Shown here: positions 1-10,804 of the stretch, one piece after another
How positions within the stretch are numbered: position 1 is the first letter of the stretch
Layout: every line of letters starts with the position of its first letter
From: an uncultured Acidimicrobiia bacterium
Lineage (GTDB): Bacteria > Acidobacteriota > Terriglobia > Versatilivoradales > Versatilivoraceae
DNA: 64,000 nt
Reading direction: 5' to 3'
NCBI GenBank assembly: GCA_963786955.1
Contig: CAWBAT010000005.1
Location: forward strand, 1,632,001 to 1,696,000
Notes under the pieces: generated by a model
Database searches by the model: none
What the model saw: the letters and a program-made list of their open reading frames with translations, nothing else
What the model was told of the DNA's origin: nothing
Position numbers and translations under genes: made by a program

Positions 1-102
1 CGAGAACGGCTAAGGCAACTTGGGGGGCGGTTGGAAATCGAGACTAATAGCCATGGAACCATCGTCAGGGCTAACCTGCCGCTTTCTAAGGTGCAGTCAT
101 GA
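1..102 (+). CDS. C-terminal end of a sensor histidine kinase (partial, runs off window)
   Basis: Frame 1 reads RERLRQLGGRLEIETNSHGTIVRANLPLSKVQS*, typical of the HATPase tail of NarX-type kinases; its TGA overlaps the ATG of the next gene (ATGA). Confidence 0.8.
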   Translation, partial: RERLRQLGGRLEIETNSHGTIVRANLPLSKVQS

Positions 103-758
103 GGGGGGAGGTCCGAATCCTGCTAGCGGACGATCATGAGGTCGTGCGGCGGGGACTGCATGCCATCCTCAAGGCTCAGACTGGGTGGAGCGTTGTCGCC
201 GAGGCAGCCAACGGTCGCGAGGCCGTGGAGCTGGCGAGAAAACTCAAGCCTACCGTGGTCATTATGGACATCAGCATGCCCGAGTTGAACGGGCTCGAAG
301 CGACACGCCAGATCCTGAAGGACGTTCCCCAAACTGATGTGCTCATTCTCACGATGCATGAGTCCGAGCAAGTAGTGCGAGAGGTCCTGGATGCCGGGGC
401 CCGGGGTTATGTCTTGAAGTCTGACGCGGGGCAAGACTTGGTCGCCGCGGTTGAATCCTTGTGCCGCCACAAACCATTCTTTACGTCCAAGGTCGCCGAA
501 ATGGTCTTAGAGGGGTATCGGAAGACGGGTGCCACGGGTAGTAAATTCACCGTACCCCGTAGCCGTCTCACTCCTCGTGAGAGAGAAATCGTTCAACTTC
601 TGGCCGAAGGGAAGAGTAATAAAGAGGTTTCCTCAACCTTGGGAATCAGCGTGAAGACGGCAGAAACCCACCGCGCTAATATCATGCACAAACTCAACCT
701 TCAGTCCCTTAGCGACCTGGTCCGCTATGCGATTCGAAATAAGATTATCGAGGACTAG
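99..758 (+). CDS. NarL/LuxR-family response regulator
   Basis: REC domain (LADDHEVVRRG, MDISMPELNG) plus LuxR HTH (LTPREREIVQLLAEGKSNKEV...TAETHRANIMHKL). Confidence 0.95.
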   Translation: MRGEVRILLADDHEVVRRGLHAILKAQTGWSVVAEAANGREAVELARKLKPTVVIMDISMPELNGLEATRQILKDVPQTDVLILTMHESEQVVREVLDAGARGYVLKSDAGQDLVAAVESLCRHKPFFTSKVAEMVLEGYRKTGATGSKFTVPRSRLTPREREIVQLLAEGKSNKEVSSTLGISVKTAETHRANIMHKLNLQSLSDLVRYAIRNKIIED

Positions 759-794
759 TTGCGGGCAGTCTGCTTGGAGACCTGTACGCCAGAA

Positions 795-1472
795 CTAATG
801 CTGATCTCCGCCGTCGTTCAGGACCACGCTGAGGAGGCCACTATGGACCTTCACCCCGCCTTTTTCGCTGTAATCGATAAAGCCCAGCTCCCTGAACTTG
901 TTCATGAAATGACTGATTCGCGACCGAGTGGTGCCGACCATTTGCGCCAAGTTTTCCTGACTGACGCCGGGAACGACTGTTTCTGATCGGCCTTCCTTGC
1001 CGAAATGCGCCAGCAGTAAGAGCATCCGAGCCAGCCGCTTCTCACTGGAGTTGAATAGCTGATCGACCAGATCCTCTTCGTACCGGATGTTGCGCGAAAG
1101 CAGATGCGTGACGAACAATTCTGAGAAGTCGTGCTGCTCGTGCAGGATGCGTGCCATCAAGGGCTTCTCAATCCTGACCAGACTGCAATCGGTCATCGCG
1201 GTAGCCGTAGCGATGCGCAACAGTTGGCCTGCCAGGCATCCCACACCGAAGAAGTCCCCGTCGCCCAGAAGGGCGATGATCGCTTCCTTCCCTTCTTGGG
1301 ATGTCACCGCCTTCTTCACCTTGCCATGTCGCAAGTAAAACACAGAATCTGCAGGTTCTCCTTGCCAGAAGATAGTCCGGTTCGCGCCGTATTCCACATC
1401 GGTTTTCCCGTGAGAGATTCCAACCAGGAAGCGTTCCCAATCGACGGGTTTATTTTTCTTATTATTTGCCAT
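795..1472 (-). CDS. Crp/Fnr family transcriptional regulator
   Basis: cNMP-binding-like domain (IFWQGEPADSVFYL..GKVK, GDFFG) and HTH SQENLAQMVGTTRSRISHFMNKFR; start at ATG 1472 after a GGGGAGG RBS. Confidence 0.92.
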   Translation of the reverse strand: MANNKKNKPVDWERFLVGISHGKTDVEYGANRTIFWQGEPADSVFYLRHGKVKKAVTSQEGKEAIIALLGDGDFFGVGCLAGQLLRIATATAMTDCSLVRIEKPLMARILHEQHDFSELFVTHLLSRNIRYEEDLVDQLFNSSEKRLARMLLLLAHFGKEGRSETVVPGVSQENLAQMVGTTRSRISHFMNKFRELGFIDYSEKGGVKVHSGLLSVVLNDGGDQH

Positions 1473-2006
1473 AGACACCTCCCCACTCCACAATGAAGGT
1501 CAGCCCTGGTATCAAAAGCAATCGAGTTTTGGGGATGTGGTTGTGCCAGCTGACGGGATGACCTTGCCAAGCTCAGTTTCACTCAAGGTCTTCAAAGCTA
1601 ACTGCGCCAAATTTACAAGACATAACACCCATTCGGATTTTACCATAATAAAAAGAGCAGACATAAAAAAAAGCAGAACGGCAAGGTAGGTATTTCGAGA
1701 TGCTTCTGAGTTGTCCTTTCCAAAAATACGGTTTTGATTGCCGTCTGATCAGGCAATATCAGTGTGGAAATTTCCAGGAAGTGCTTATTCTTCAGTCGGT
1801 TTCAGTTGATCTAATTGAATTTTTTGAGGGGGATAACCACGCGCCATAAAGGTGGGAAGTGACTTTGACAATTCAAACAAATCCCTGCCGGCGATCGGAC
1901 CGGTCGCGAAAAGGTGTATTAGGCGGACTTGAAACCCGACATCGCTCGGGCGATCACGCCAGGGTGAGAATCAAAAAGTCGGTGTATTTTTGTGCGGCTT
2001 CAGGCA

Positions 2007-2287
2007 TCAGGAACGGTGCGCCGGAGATGAACTCGAGTGAATGGGCGCTTTTGGTAAAAGAACCACCCGACCAAAATATTCTTCCAGCGTGAGCTTTCCC
2101 TCCTCGTCGGTGTCGAAGGTCAGATGATGCCAGTCCTCCATCTCGGCCAACTCCAGCCTGAAGTTTGTCGCCGCCCGTTTGCGGGCATGATGATCCCACC
2201 CGTTGGTGAGCAGGACACCCCCGATATTCGGAAACACGCTGGTGAATGCGATCGCTTTCTTGATCGTCGTTTCCTCGGTCGATCAGC
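2007..2287 (-). pseudogene. Truncated HAD-family phosphatase remnant
   Basis: FPNIGGVLLTNGWDHHARKRAA resembles the HAD motif I region LFLDIGGVLLTNGWD; the catalytic D reads N and the ORF ends early. Confidence 0.6.
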
Positions 2288-4833
2288 TCATCGCTGCCAC
2301 AGGATGTGAGCGTCCTCCAGAGGAACCGCCACGCCATCGCAGTGCGGTATGATTCGCGCCGTATAGTCCGCCGGTGGGCGGGCCGCAGACACAGCCGCGC
2401 TGTAAACGTAACCGCCCGACGCGCCGGCCAGTTGGCGAACGCGCTTCATCTCCTGCCGCACGGGAGCACTGCCCATGACACCGTCGGCGTAAAGTTCGAC
2501 CCGCACCGCCTCGGGGTCAAGGTCATTGAGAAAGACCTGAACCTCAAATACGTGCTGCTTGCCCCGAGTCTCAACCTTCACTTCGCCGAAGTGTAGCGTG
2601 GCCCATTTCTGTTCCAGACTGTGCTGCCAATCGACCATTTGCCTGCCGATTGCGCCTTTATTGGCATGCGCAAATGGTAGGCATCAGCAGCCGGGAGGTA
2701 GTGCTGTTCGGTGTATTCGCGCACCGTTCGGTTGGCGGAGAAGCGCGGTGTCAACTGCGCCATGCTTTCCCGCATCCGCTTGACCCATGCGGTGGGAATG
2801 CCGCTCTCGTCTCGGGTATAAAACTCCGGGATCACCTCCCGCTCGAGCAGGTCGTAGAGCGCGTCGGCTTCGACAGCGTCCCAGGCGGGATCGTCGCCAT
2901 GCTCCTGGCCGTCCCCCAACGCCCACCCCACTTCCGGCGTGTAGGCTTCCGCCCACCAGCCGTCCAATTCCGAGAGATTGATGCCTCCATTGACGAGCAC
3001 CTTCATGCCGCTTGTTCCGCTGGCCTCCCAGGGTCGCCGTGGCGTGTTGATCCAGACGTCCACCCCCTGCACCAGGTGCTCCGTCAACAGCATGTCGTAG
3101 TCACTCAGGAAGATCACGTGGGGGCGGGTCTCTGGCTGGCGGATGAAATGTATCCATTCATGGATCAAGGCCTGTCCCGCCTGGTCCGCCGGATGGGCCT
3201 TGCCAGCGATGATGAGTTGCACCGGGCGCTCAGGATTGGTCAACAGACGAAGCAGTCGCTCCGGGTCGTGCAGCAGCAGGTTCGGCCTCTTGTAGGTCGC
3301 GAAGCGCCGCGCAAAGCCCAGCGTCAACGCGTTGGGATCAAATAGATGTTTCGCCTCGTCAACCGCCTCGGGCGACGCGCCGGAGGCGGTCAGTTGCCGG
3401 GACAATCGTTCGCGGGCGTATTCAACAAGAGACTTGCTGGCGGCGGTACGAAATTGCCAGAGCCTGGCGTCGGAGACGCGGCGAATGTCGCGCTCCAGGG
3501 TTTTCGTCGTCCCCAGCCAGCGGTCCTTTCCACAGGCTTCCGTCCAAAGATCATCGGCCGGGGCCGAGTCCCAGGTCGGCATGTGGACTCCGTTAGTCAC
3601 GTGTCCGACGGGCACTTCGTCCGCTGGCCAATGGGGAAAGAGGGGCTCAAAGAGATGCCGGCTGACTTTCCCATGCAAGCGACTCACGCCATTCACCGCC
3701 CCGCTCCCCCGGATGGCCAGATAGGCCATGTTGAAACTTTCCGACGGGTCGTTCGGATTCTGGCGGCCCAGGGCCAGCAAGTCGTGGAGTGTTATGCCGA
3801 GCTTCTGCTCGGCATAACCGCCGAGGTATTGTTCGATGAGAGCCGGAGCGAAACGGTCAAAGCCGGCGGCCACTGCCGTGTGGGTGGTGAAGAGATTCCC
3901 CGCTCGTGTGACGGCCAGCGCGACTTCGAAAGGCTGCGCGGTTTCTTGCATGAAACTGCGGGCGCGCTCCAGAACGGCGAAGGCCGCATGCCCTTCATTC
4001 AGGTGACAGACTTCCGGCTGGATGCCGAGCGCAGCGAGCAGCCGCCATCCGCCAATCCCGAGAAGCAGTTCTTGCTTGAGGCGCAGCTCCGGCCCGCCGC
4101 CATACAGCTCGCTGGTAATCCCTCGATGAGCGGGGAAGTTCGCCGCGTCATTGCTGTCCAGCAGGTAAAGCTTCACTCTGCCAACCTGGACCTGCCAGGC
4201 GCGCAGCCAGACCGAGTAACCGGGCAACGCGATCTCCAATCGCAACCACTCGCCGTTCGGGTGGCGCAACGGCGTGATCGGCAACTGCCCGGGATCGTTA
4301 TAGGGGAAGAGTGCCTGTTGCGCTCCGTCCTTGTCGATCACCTGGCGAAAATAGCCTTGCTGGTACAGCAGTCCCACGCCGACCACGGGCACGCCCAGAT
4401 CGCTGGTGGCTTTGAGCTGATCGCCGGCCACATTGCCAAGCCCGCCCGAGTAGATCGGCAAAGCTTCGCTCAACATGAATTCCATGCTGAAATACGCGGC
4501 GCAGGTCAGGGGACCCTGCGGATGATTCTGCTGAAACCACGCGGGCGCCTCCGCCGCTTGCACGCTTGGCGCGCAGAAGGGCATCAATGTTCTTACGGAA
4601 TGCGGGATCGGCCAAGACGCGCTCGAGCTGGTCCCGCGAGACCGTCTGCAGGACAACCCAGGGGTTATGCGTGATTTCCCACAGTACGGGATCAAGCTGC
4701 CGCCACACTTCGTCGGTAGCATGATTCCACGACCAGAGCATATCCAGGGCCAGCTCCGCCAGGGAATCGAATCCTTCGACTTCCTGGGCAAAAGGTTGTA
4801 TATCGGGTGGCTGACACGTGTTTGCTTGCTCAT
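2288..4833 (-). CDS. glgP: Alpha-glucan (glycogen) phosphorylase, frameshifted
   Basis: YFSMEF, YSGGLG, HLNEGH, ARRFATYKR and EASGTSGMK motifs; split across ORFs 4298-4849, 2578-4833 and 2288-2638. Confidence 0.92.
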
Positions 4834-4849
4834 GGTTTCTCCTCCGCAT

Positions 4850-5215
4850 TTAAGTCTGTGAGCCGAACCTGTGGCGGCGAGAGTCTCTCCAGCTATTCCT
4901 TTTGCTCCGGGGTGGCCGGCGCCTCAACGCGGTCGTAAAGCGGCTCACCGAAGCCACTTTGTTCGCGACAATCAATGCCCCAACAGCACTCCCACAGATG
5001 GCCACGCCGCGCTCCACCCTTCCGAGCAAACGCGAGGGCCAGCGGTACGATAAAATCCGGATAATCATTGTCCAACTTCGGCTGTCGGTCGCCGAAATCG
5101 ATCACTTCATGACCGGCCTTTCGCAATATCTTGACCAGTTTGTTCCTTCAAGTCAAAACCACCGTGGTCGGCGGCGATTCCGATGCGTTTCGGCGTCCAT
5201 GGCAAAATTGTCTGG
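4850..5215 (-). pseudogene. rpiB: Ribose-5-phosphate isomerase B, frameshifted and C-terminally truncated
   Basis: Pieces [17 protein letters not shown] / LRKAGHEVIDFG..DYPDF / RGVAICGSAVGALIVANKV in different frames; similarity is lost after ANKV; coordinates approximate. Confidence 0.75.
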
Positions 5216-7311
5216 AGATCAGACATGTTCCTCTTTCGAGCAAGGCCAGTGCCCGTTGGCAAACGTTCTCCACACTGAATCCGAATTCGCGCATCACGAC
5301 CGGTCCCGGAGCCGAAGCGCCAAAGCGATCCACGCCGATCACATCGCCCCGATCACCAACGTAGCGATGCCACCCTTGGGTTACCCCTGCCTCGACCGCG
5401 AGCCGCGCATGAACCGATGGCGGCAACACCGAGTCGCGATATTCGTGGGATTGGGCCTCAAACAATTCCCAACTCGGCATGGAAACGAGGCGCACCGGGA
5501 TTTTCTGTTCCTGCAAGCTTCTGTCCCGCTGCCACGATCAGGCCGACTTCCGATCCGCTGGCGATCAGGATCAATCGCGGTTTGCCCTGCGGCGCGTCGG
5601 CCAGAATGTACGCCCCATGGCGAAGGCCCTCCGCTGAAGCAAACTGCTTTCGGTCGAGCGTCGGCACGTTTTGCCGGGTCAGGACCAGAGCCACCGGCCG
5701 GTCTCGCGTCTCGATCGCCACGCGCCAGGCCACGGCCGTCTCGTTGGCGTCAGCGGGACGGATGACAATCAGCCGGGGAATGGCCCGCAGACTGGCGAGC
5801 TGCTCCACGGATTGATGTGTCGGGCCATCTTCGCCCATGCCGATGCTGTCATGCGTGAAAACATAGACCACCTGCAGCTCCATCAATGCCGCGAGCCGGA
5901 TCGACGGGCGCAGGTAGTCCGAGAAGGTCAGAAACGTTGCGCCGAACGGGATGATGCCGCCATGCGCGGCCAGGCCATTCAAGATCGCCCCCATGCCGTG
6001 CTCGCGAACGCCAAACTGCAGATTGCGGCCCGCGTAACTCCAGCCGCCGCCTGCCGAACCTTGCAGATCGCCAACCGCCATTTCGGGGTTCTCAAAATTG
6101 CCCGCATCTTTCAGTTCGGTGTCCGTGGACGGATTCAAATCGGCCGAGCCGCCGATCAGGCCGGGCAGTTTCGATTTGAGCGCATTCCATCACTTTTCCC
6201 GAGGCGACGCGGGTAGCCATGCCCTTGGCATCGGCTGGGAAATTGCGGAATGTTCGCATCCCAGCCTTGCGGCAGTTCTCCGTTGATAAGCTGGCGGAGT
6301 TCGCGGGCGAGTTCCGGATATTGCTTCTCGTAGGCAGCAAATTTCGCGTTCCATTCCGCTTCGGCTTCACGTCCACGGTCGATGGCCTGGCGAAAATGTT
6401 GCTCGGCTTCCTCTGGGCACGAGAAACGGCGGCTCGACGGGCCAACCCAGATTCTGTTTCGTCAGCTTCACCTCTTCCTCGCCCAGCGGCGAGCCATGCG
6501 CGGCGAAGGTGTCCTGCTTGTGGGGCGAACCATAACCAATGTGCGTCCGTACCAGGATCAGCGAGGGACGTCCTGTTTCCTGGCGCGCGCGCGGATGGCG
6601 TGGTCGATAGCATCCAGGTCATTGCCATCCTCGATGGATTGTGTGTGCCAGCCATACGCCGCGAACCGTTGGGCATGGTCTTCGGTGAAGGTGAGCTGCG
6701 TCGAGGCGGCGAGAGTGATGCGGTTGTCATCGTAGAGATAGATCAGCTTCCCGAGTTTCAGGTGGCCCGCGAGCGAAGCGGCTTCGGCTGCCACGCCCTC
6801 CATCAGATCGCCATCGCTGACCAGTCCGTAGGTGAAATGATTGATGATCTCAAACCCGGCCGATTGTAGCGCGCCGCGAGATACGCTTCGGCGATGGCCA
6901 TGCCCACGCCATTGCCAAATCCCTGACCGAGCGGGCCGGTGGTGGTTTCCACGCCAGGGGTCAAACCGCGTTCGGGATGACCCGGGGTGATGCTGCCCCA
7001 CTGGCGAAACTGTTTGATTTGTTCCAGCGGCAAATCGTAGCCCGTCAGATGCAGCAGGCTGTAGAGCAACATCGAACCGTGGCCAGCCGACAGGACGAAT
7101 CGGTCCCGATTGAACCACTGCGGATTGGCTGGATTATGCTGGAGAAACCGGGTCCACAACACATAGGCCATGGGCGCCGCGCCCAGCGGCAGACCGGGAT
7201 GGCCGCTATTGGCCTTTTGGACGGCGTCCACCGACAGGAAGCGAATCGTGTTGATCGACAGTTGATCCAACTCCGCCGGATTGAAGAATAGCTGCCGGTC
7301 GCTGTGCTCAT
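5148..7311 (-). CDS. tkt: Transketolase, several frameshifts
   Basis: [61 protein letters not shown] and DRFGASAP spread over several ORFs. Confidence 0.92.
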
Positions 7312-7532
7312 CGTTCGTTTCTCCTCCCTGCTACTTCGCAAGCAGTTTGCGAATCGATTGCAATTTCTCCTGACGCTCCTTGGTCGGCTCGGGCTATATT
7401 ATCTTGAGCCCTTTAACCGCGCCGACGATGACGAAGAATTAGCGGACGACCTTGGCCACCACCGCTTCGATTAAGCACCAAGCTTTCTTGGCGCAGAGCA
7501 AAAGCAGCGCGTTGTTCCAATCCGAATCGACC

Positions 7533-8162
7533 CTAAATCTGGTCTTGGGATTGATGCAAATTCACGCGGTGATCGGCCCAGGAAATGGACTTGACCCAAC
7601 GAGTGGGAACCAATGCCGAGCGGCCATGAAGCCAGTCTCCGGCTTTCACAGCCAAATAGCCAAGATGCCAGGAGGCATCGTCCATGATGAAGCCCTCCAG
7701 GCGCCCGATATCACCGTCCGTGGCCCACACTTCGTAACCTGCCATGTCCCAGGCACTGCGGAGATGCGAGTCCTCCTTGGTGCGCACCGGATATTCCCTG
7801 CCTGCTGGAATTGAAGACAAGCGGCCAAACCAACTGTCAATCCAAAATTCCGGCAAACCAAGGTATTCCTTCATGGCAATTTCTTGCTGGCGCGAAACCG
7901 GCTTCTCCGTATCAACATCGGGACTATTGCGCACTTGCTCCTTCGTCAAGTGAACATGGAAGGTTTTCTTCACCCAATCGGGCTGTTCCACCGCCGTGAT
8001 CGCTAGAACCGCAGCTCGCCAGGTAAGCCAGCTTCCCACATCGACGACCAAAAAGTGAATCGTCCATGATTGGTCATCAAAGAGAAAGTTGCGGACACTT
8101 CCCATCTCGCCGTCTGTAGCAATGACAGAAGATCCAGTCAAGCTTTCCAGGTCGTGAAGCAT
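7533..8162 (-). CDS. PRC-barrel domain protein (two PRC repeats)
   Basis: ATDGEMGSVRNFLFDDQSWTIHFLVVD and HLRSA..GYEVWATDGDIG; paralog of 8946-9746. Confidence 0.85.
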   Translation of the reverse strand: MLHDLESLTGSSVIATDGEMGSVRNFLFDDQSWTIHFLVVDVGSWLTWRAAVLAITAVEQPDWVKKTFHVHLTKEQVRNSPDVDTEKPVSRQQEIAMKEYLGLPEFWIDSWFGRLSSIPAGREYPVRTKEDSHLRSAWDMAGYEVWATDGDIGRLEGFIMDDASWHLGYLAVKAGDWLHGRSALVPTRWVKSISWADHRVNLHQSQDQI

Positions 8163-8322
8163 GTTCCTCCTTCGGGCCAAAAGTTATAGGATAACTGACT
8201 CTCCTAAGTCCCCCTCGGATTTGCTGAAAAGTTGCTCGTACTCCTCCTTCGAAATATCAAGATAAAAGGGGATGATCCGGGTTCCGTTACGATGGAGATG
8301 TTTCTCGATGCCCACGAAGGCC

Positions 8323-8754
8323 TCACTTTTCTTCATACTCTCCTTCACGCTTCATTCGTTCTTCATAACCTTCTGATGAAGCCGGGTCGAGTTCCCACCG
8401 AGATTGATCTCGGGCCGCTATCTTTTCGTTCGTATGCAGCGGCTCGTTATCCGTATAGTTAAGCCCCACTGCTTTACCAAGCTCTTCAACAATGCTTTGA
8501 TCAGGAGTTGGGTTCTCGCCGCCCACACTCTCTTCACCCACATCAGCATCTTCCCAAGCTGCGTCAATGTCGCCGCCCGATAGCTCCGGCGAAGTCGAGT
8601 GGTGCTCGTGCAATTTTTCGATCAATTGCTGCTTTCCTGCCGAGCCGAGTTGAGCCGCTTCATCAAATTCGCGCTTTACCTCTTCATTGGACGCAACTTT
8701 GTCGCTTTCAATTCTGCCTGCGTCGATAAACTGGCCTTTCCGGGTCCTTGCCAT
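8323..8754 (-). CDS. DUF6335 family acidic protein
   Basis: SPELSGGDIDAAWEDADVGEESVGGENPTPDQ..VEELGKAVG...RD..RWELDPASSE; AAGGAG RBS before ATG 8754. Confidence 0.75.
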   Translation of the reverse strand: MARTRKGQFIDAGRIESDKVASNEEVKREFDEAAQLGSAGKQQLIEKLHEHHSTSPELSGGDIDAAWEDADVGEESVGGENPTPDQSIVEELGKAVGLNYTDNEPLHTNEKIAARDQSRWELDPASSEGYEERMKREGEYEEK

Positions 8755-8945
8755 GGGTGGTTTAGCTCCTTTCAATCTTGATTCTGCACTTGTTGCGCAA
8801 CTCTGTGACCATATCTGAAGGTAAATCTCTGATAGATCAGACTGTTCCATCGCTTCTTTGGTTGCCAGGCTTGTGGCGCTGATGGTGGAGCGCCGCTGCA
8901 GCCACGTATCCGTTTGTCAGCCGGGTATCATAATCCTTCTATCAA

Positions 8946-9746
8946 TCAATATTTACTCACCGTGGGGCGATACGGCTGCTCAGCTCCTTGCAGCCAATAG
9001 GCCGACCGCTTATAGTGGTCCCAAAGCCTGTACTCGTACTCGCGAGTGACGGGCATAGAGTCAATATATTCCGGCCCGTTCTTGATGGCTTCCCGGGAGA
9101 GGTCGACGTAGACTTTGGAATCCGCCCAACTCACGCCATCGATCCAGTGGGGTGAGATCAGCACCTTTTTCCCAGGCCACCAATTTCGCGTATTTACCTC
9201 GATGTATTGGATGGCCCAAGTGTGATGGTCGACGATGAAATTCTCCACGTGACCAATCTCGCCGTCAGTCGCATCAATGTGATAGCCGGTCACCTCTTTG
9301 GTGCTGCGCAGATGCGAATCCGCCGGCTCTGTTTCCACCCTGGATACCGACGCTTCCGCCTCAGCGGACCTTTGCATAGCCAAGCCTGCCGGGTCGGATA
9401 TAGAACCCCAAAGAAAAGGTCCACTCCAATAAAAGGGGTAACCGTAATACCCCAAGTATTCGGCCTCGTGTTGCCGGGAGACGGGCTTGTGTGTGTCGAT
9501 GTCGGGGCTGCCCTCAACCTGCTTTTTCGTCAGTGCCACCTCAAGTTGTTTTGATTCCCAGTCCTTCTGGCCGACGGCGATAGGCGAGATAAGCACTAAC
9601 CGGCCCGCCAACCAACTGCCGGTGTTGACCACGAGGTAGCGGATGGCCCAGCTCTCATCGTCGAAATAAAATTGATCCACCTTCCCAATCTCCCCATCCA
9701 TGGCTCGGAGCGTAAATTCTTGCAGATGAGTGACACTTCTTAACAT
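8946..9746 (-). CDS. PRC-barrel domain protein
   Basis: MLRSV..L..FTLRAMDGEIGKVDQFYFDDESWAIRYLVVNTG and HLRSTKEVTGYHIDATDGEIG; AGGAGG RBS before ATG 9746. Confidence 0.88.
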   Translation of the reverse strand: MLRSVTHLQEFTLRAMDGEIGKVDQFYFDDESWAIRYLVVNTGSWLAGRLVLISPIAVGQKDWESKQLEVALTKKQVEGSPDIDTHKPVSRQHEAEYLGYYGYPFYWSGPFLWGSISDPAGLAMQRSAEAEASVSRVETEPADSHLRSTKEVTGYHIDATDGEIGHVENFIVDHHTWAIQYIEVNTRNWWPGKKVLISPHWIDGVSWADSKVYVDLSREAIKNGPEYIDSMPVTREYEYRLWDHYKRSAYWLQGAEQPYRPTVSKY

Positions 9747-9961
9747 CGTCTTATCCTCCTTGGCATTTGGTAAGGCATTTGGTGATGGGCACGAACTCGC
9801 CTCAACCCCATTCGTTTGGGGGTCGAGGCGCCTTTCTTTCTGACTCCCTTTTCTTGAGCGAATAGATGACTCCTCCCCGCTTATTTTCCGCCCCCAGAAA
9901 CCGGATTCCGTCCCCCTAGCAGCTGCAACCACAATGTCATGATACCCGTGGAGTAATTCTC

Positions 9962-10004
9962 GTGTCAGTGCGATATGGAACACACGTCTGGTCAAAATTG
10001 CTCA
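9962..10004 (-). promoter_or_regulatory. Tandem Crp-like operator, copy A
   Basis: Minus strand TGAGCAATTTTGACCA GACGTG TGTTCCATATCGCACT GACAC; CTGACA-18 bp-TATCAT; points to the PRC-barrel gene at 9746. Confidence 0.75.
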
Positions 10005-10527
10005 TCCCCAATACAGTCATAACGAACGTTTTTTCAGGAGGATGAGAATCAGCAGACCAAGCCCAGTTCGCCGCTCGGAGAGTCCTCCCACCTGCCGCCG
10101 GTCAGTCGGTTTCCACTCTCGCGCTCTGTCGAATATTACTTGTTACGGGTGGTGCGCTCATAAATCAGTCCTGCCATGCTTCCGGAGGTCACCCCCATGC
10201 CAGCGCCCTTCTGTCCCATTCGACCCTCGGAAGGGGACCGTGCTACAGTGAGTTTGAAAACCGAGATGATCAATCTGTCTTCTGGACGAGCACCGCACCG
10301 AAGACCATGACTGTTTGGGCACATAACTTGCTGAGCAGGATTAGATTAAAGTTTAAGCTGCCCGACGTTCGTACCGATGAAGGAAGCACCCGAGCAAGGA
10401 CTGTTGTAGTCAAAACAAATTCTGGTACGATTAACAACAGAAGACCCGTTAAAGAATCATTTCCAAATTCGAACCCTCGCTGAACTCCACCAGTCCAAAC
10501 ATGTCTTCCCCCCCTCGCAAACTTGAG

Positions 10528-10570
10528 TGAGCAATTTTGACCTAACAAGTGAGCCGAACTGAACTGACAC
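10528..10570 (+). promoter_or_regulatory. Tandem Crp-like operator, copy B
   Basis: TGAGCAATTTTGACCT AACAAG TGAGCCGAACTGAACT GACAC; CTGACA-17 bp-TATAAA; points to the AI-2E gene. Confidence 0.75.
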
Positions 10571-10804
10571 GCGCTTCGCCCTCGGATATAAAGATTGTCT
10601 ATGCTCGATCTTTGCCACCATCCGCTCGGCTATCTTCTAGCTCGTGGCTTGATACAGAAACCCCTTGTACTTAAAACCAAGAGGTTATTGAACAGGACAG
10701 CCGATGGTGGGATTACTACCCAATCGGCGGGCTGGGCTTAATCCTGGCGATTCTGGTCGCGCAGCTGTGATTGGGTCGGCTTTAAGGCCATAGGGAGGCT
10801 ATTC

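Noticed and set aside
3346-4674. 442-aa plus-strand ORF
   Set aside because: Antisense shadow of glgP with no recognisable motifs
8223-8238. Partial seventh operator copy
   Set aside because: Only one weak box, with no partner at 22 bp and no matching -35/-10
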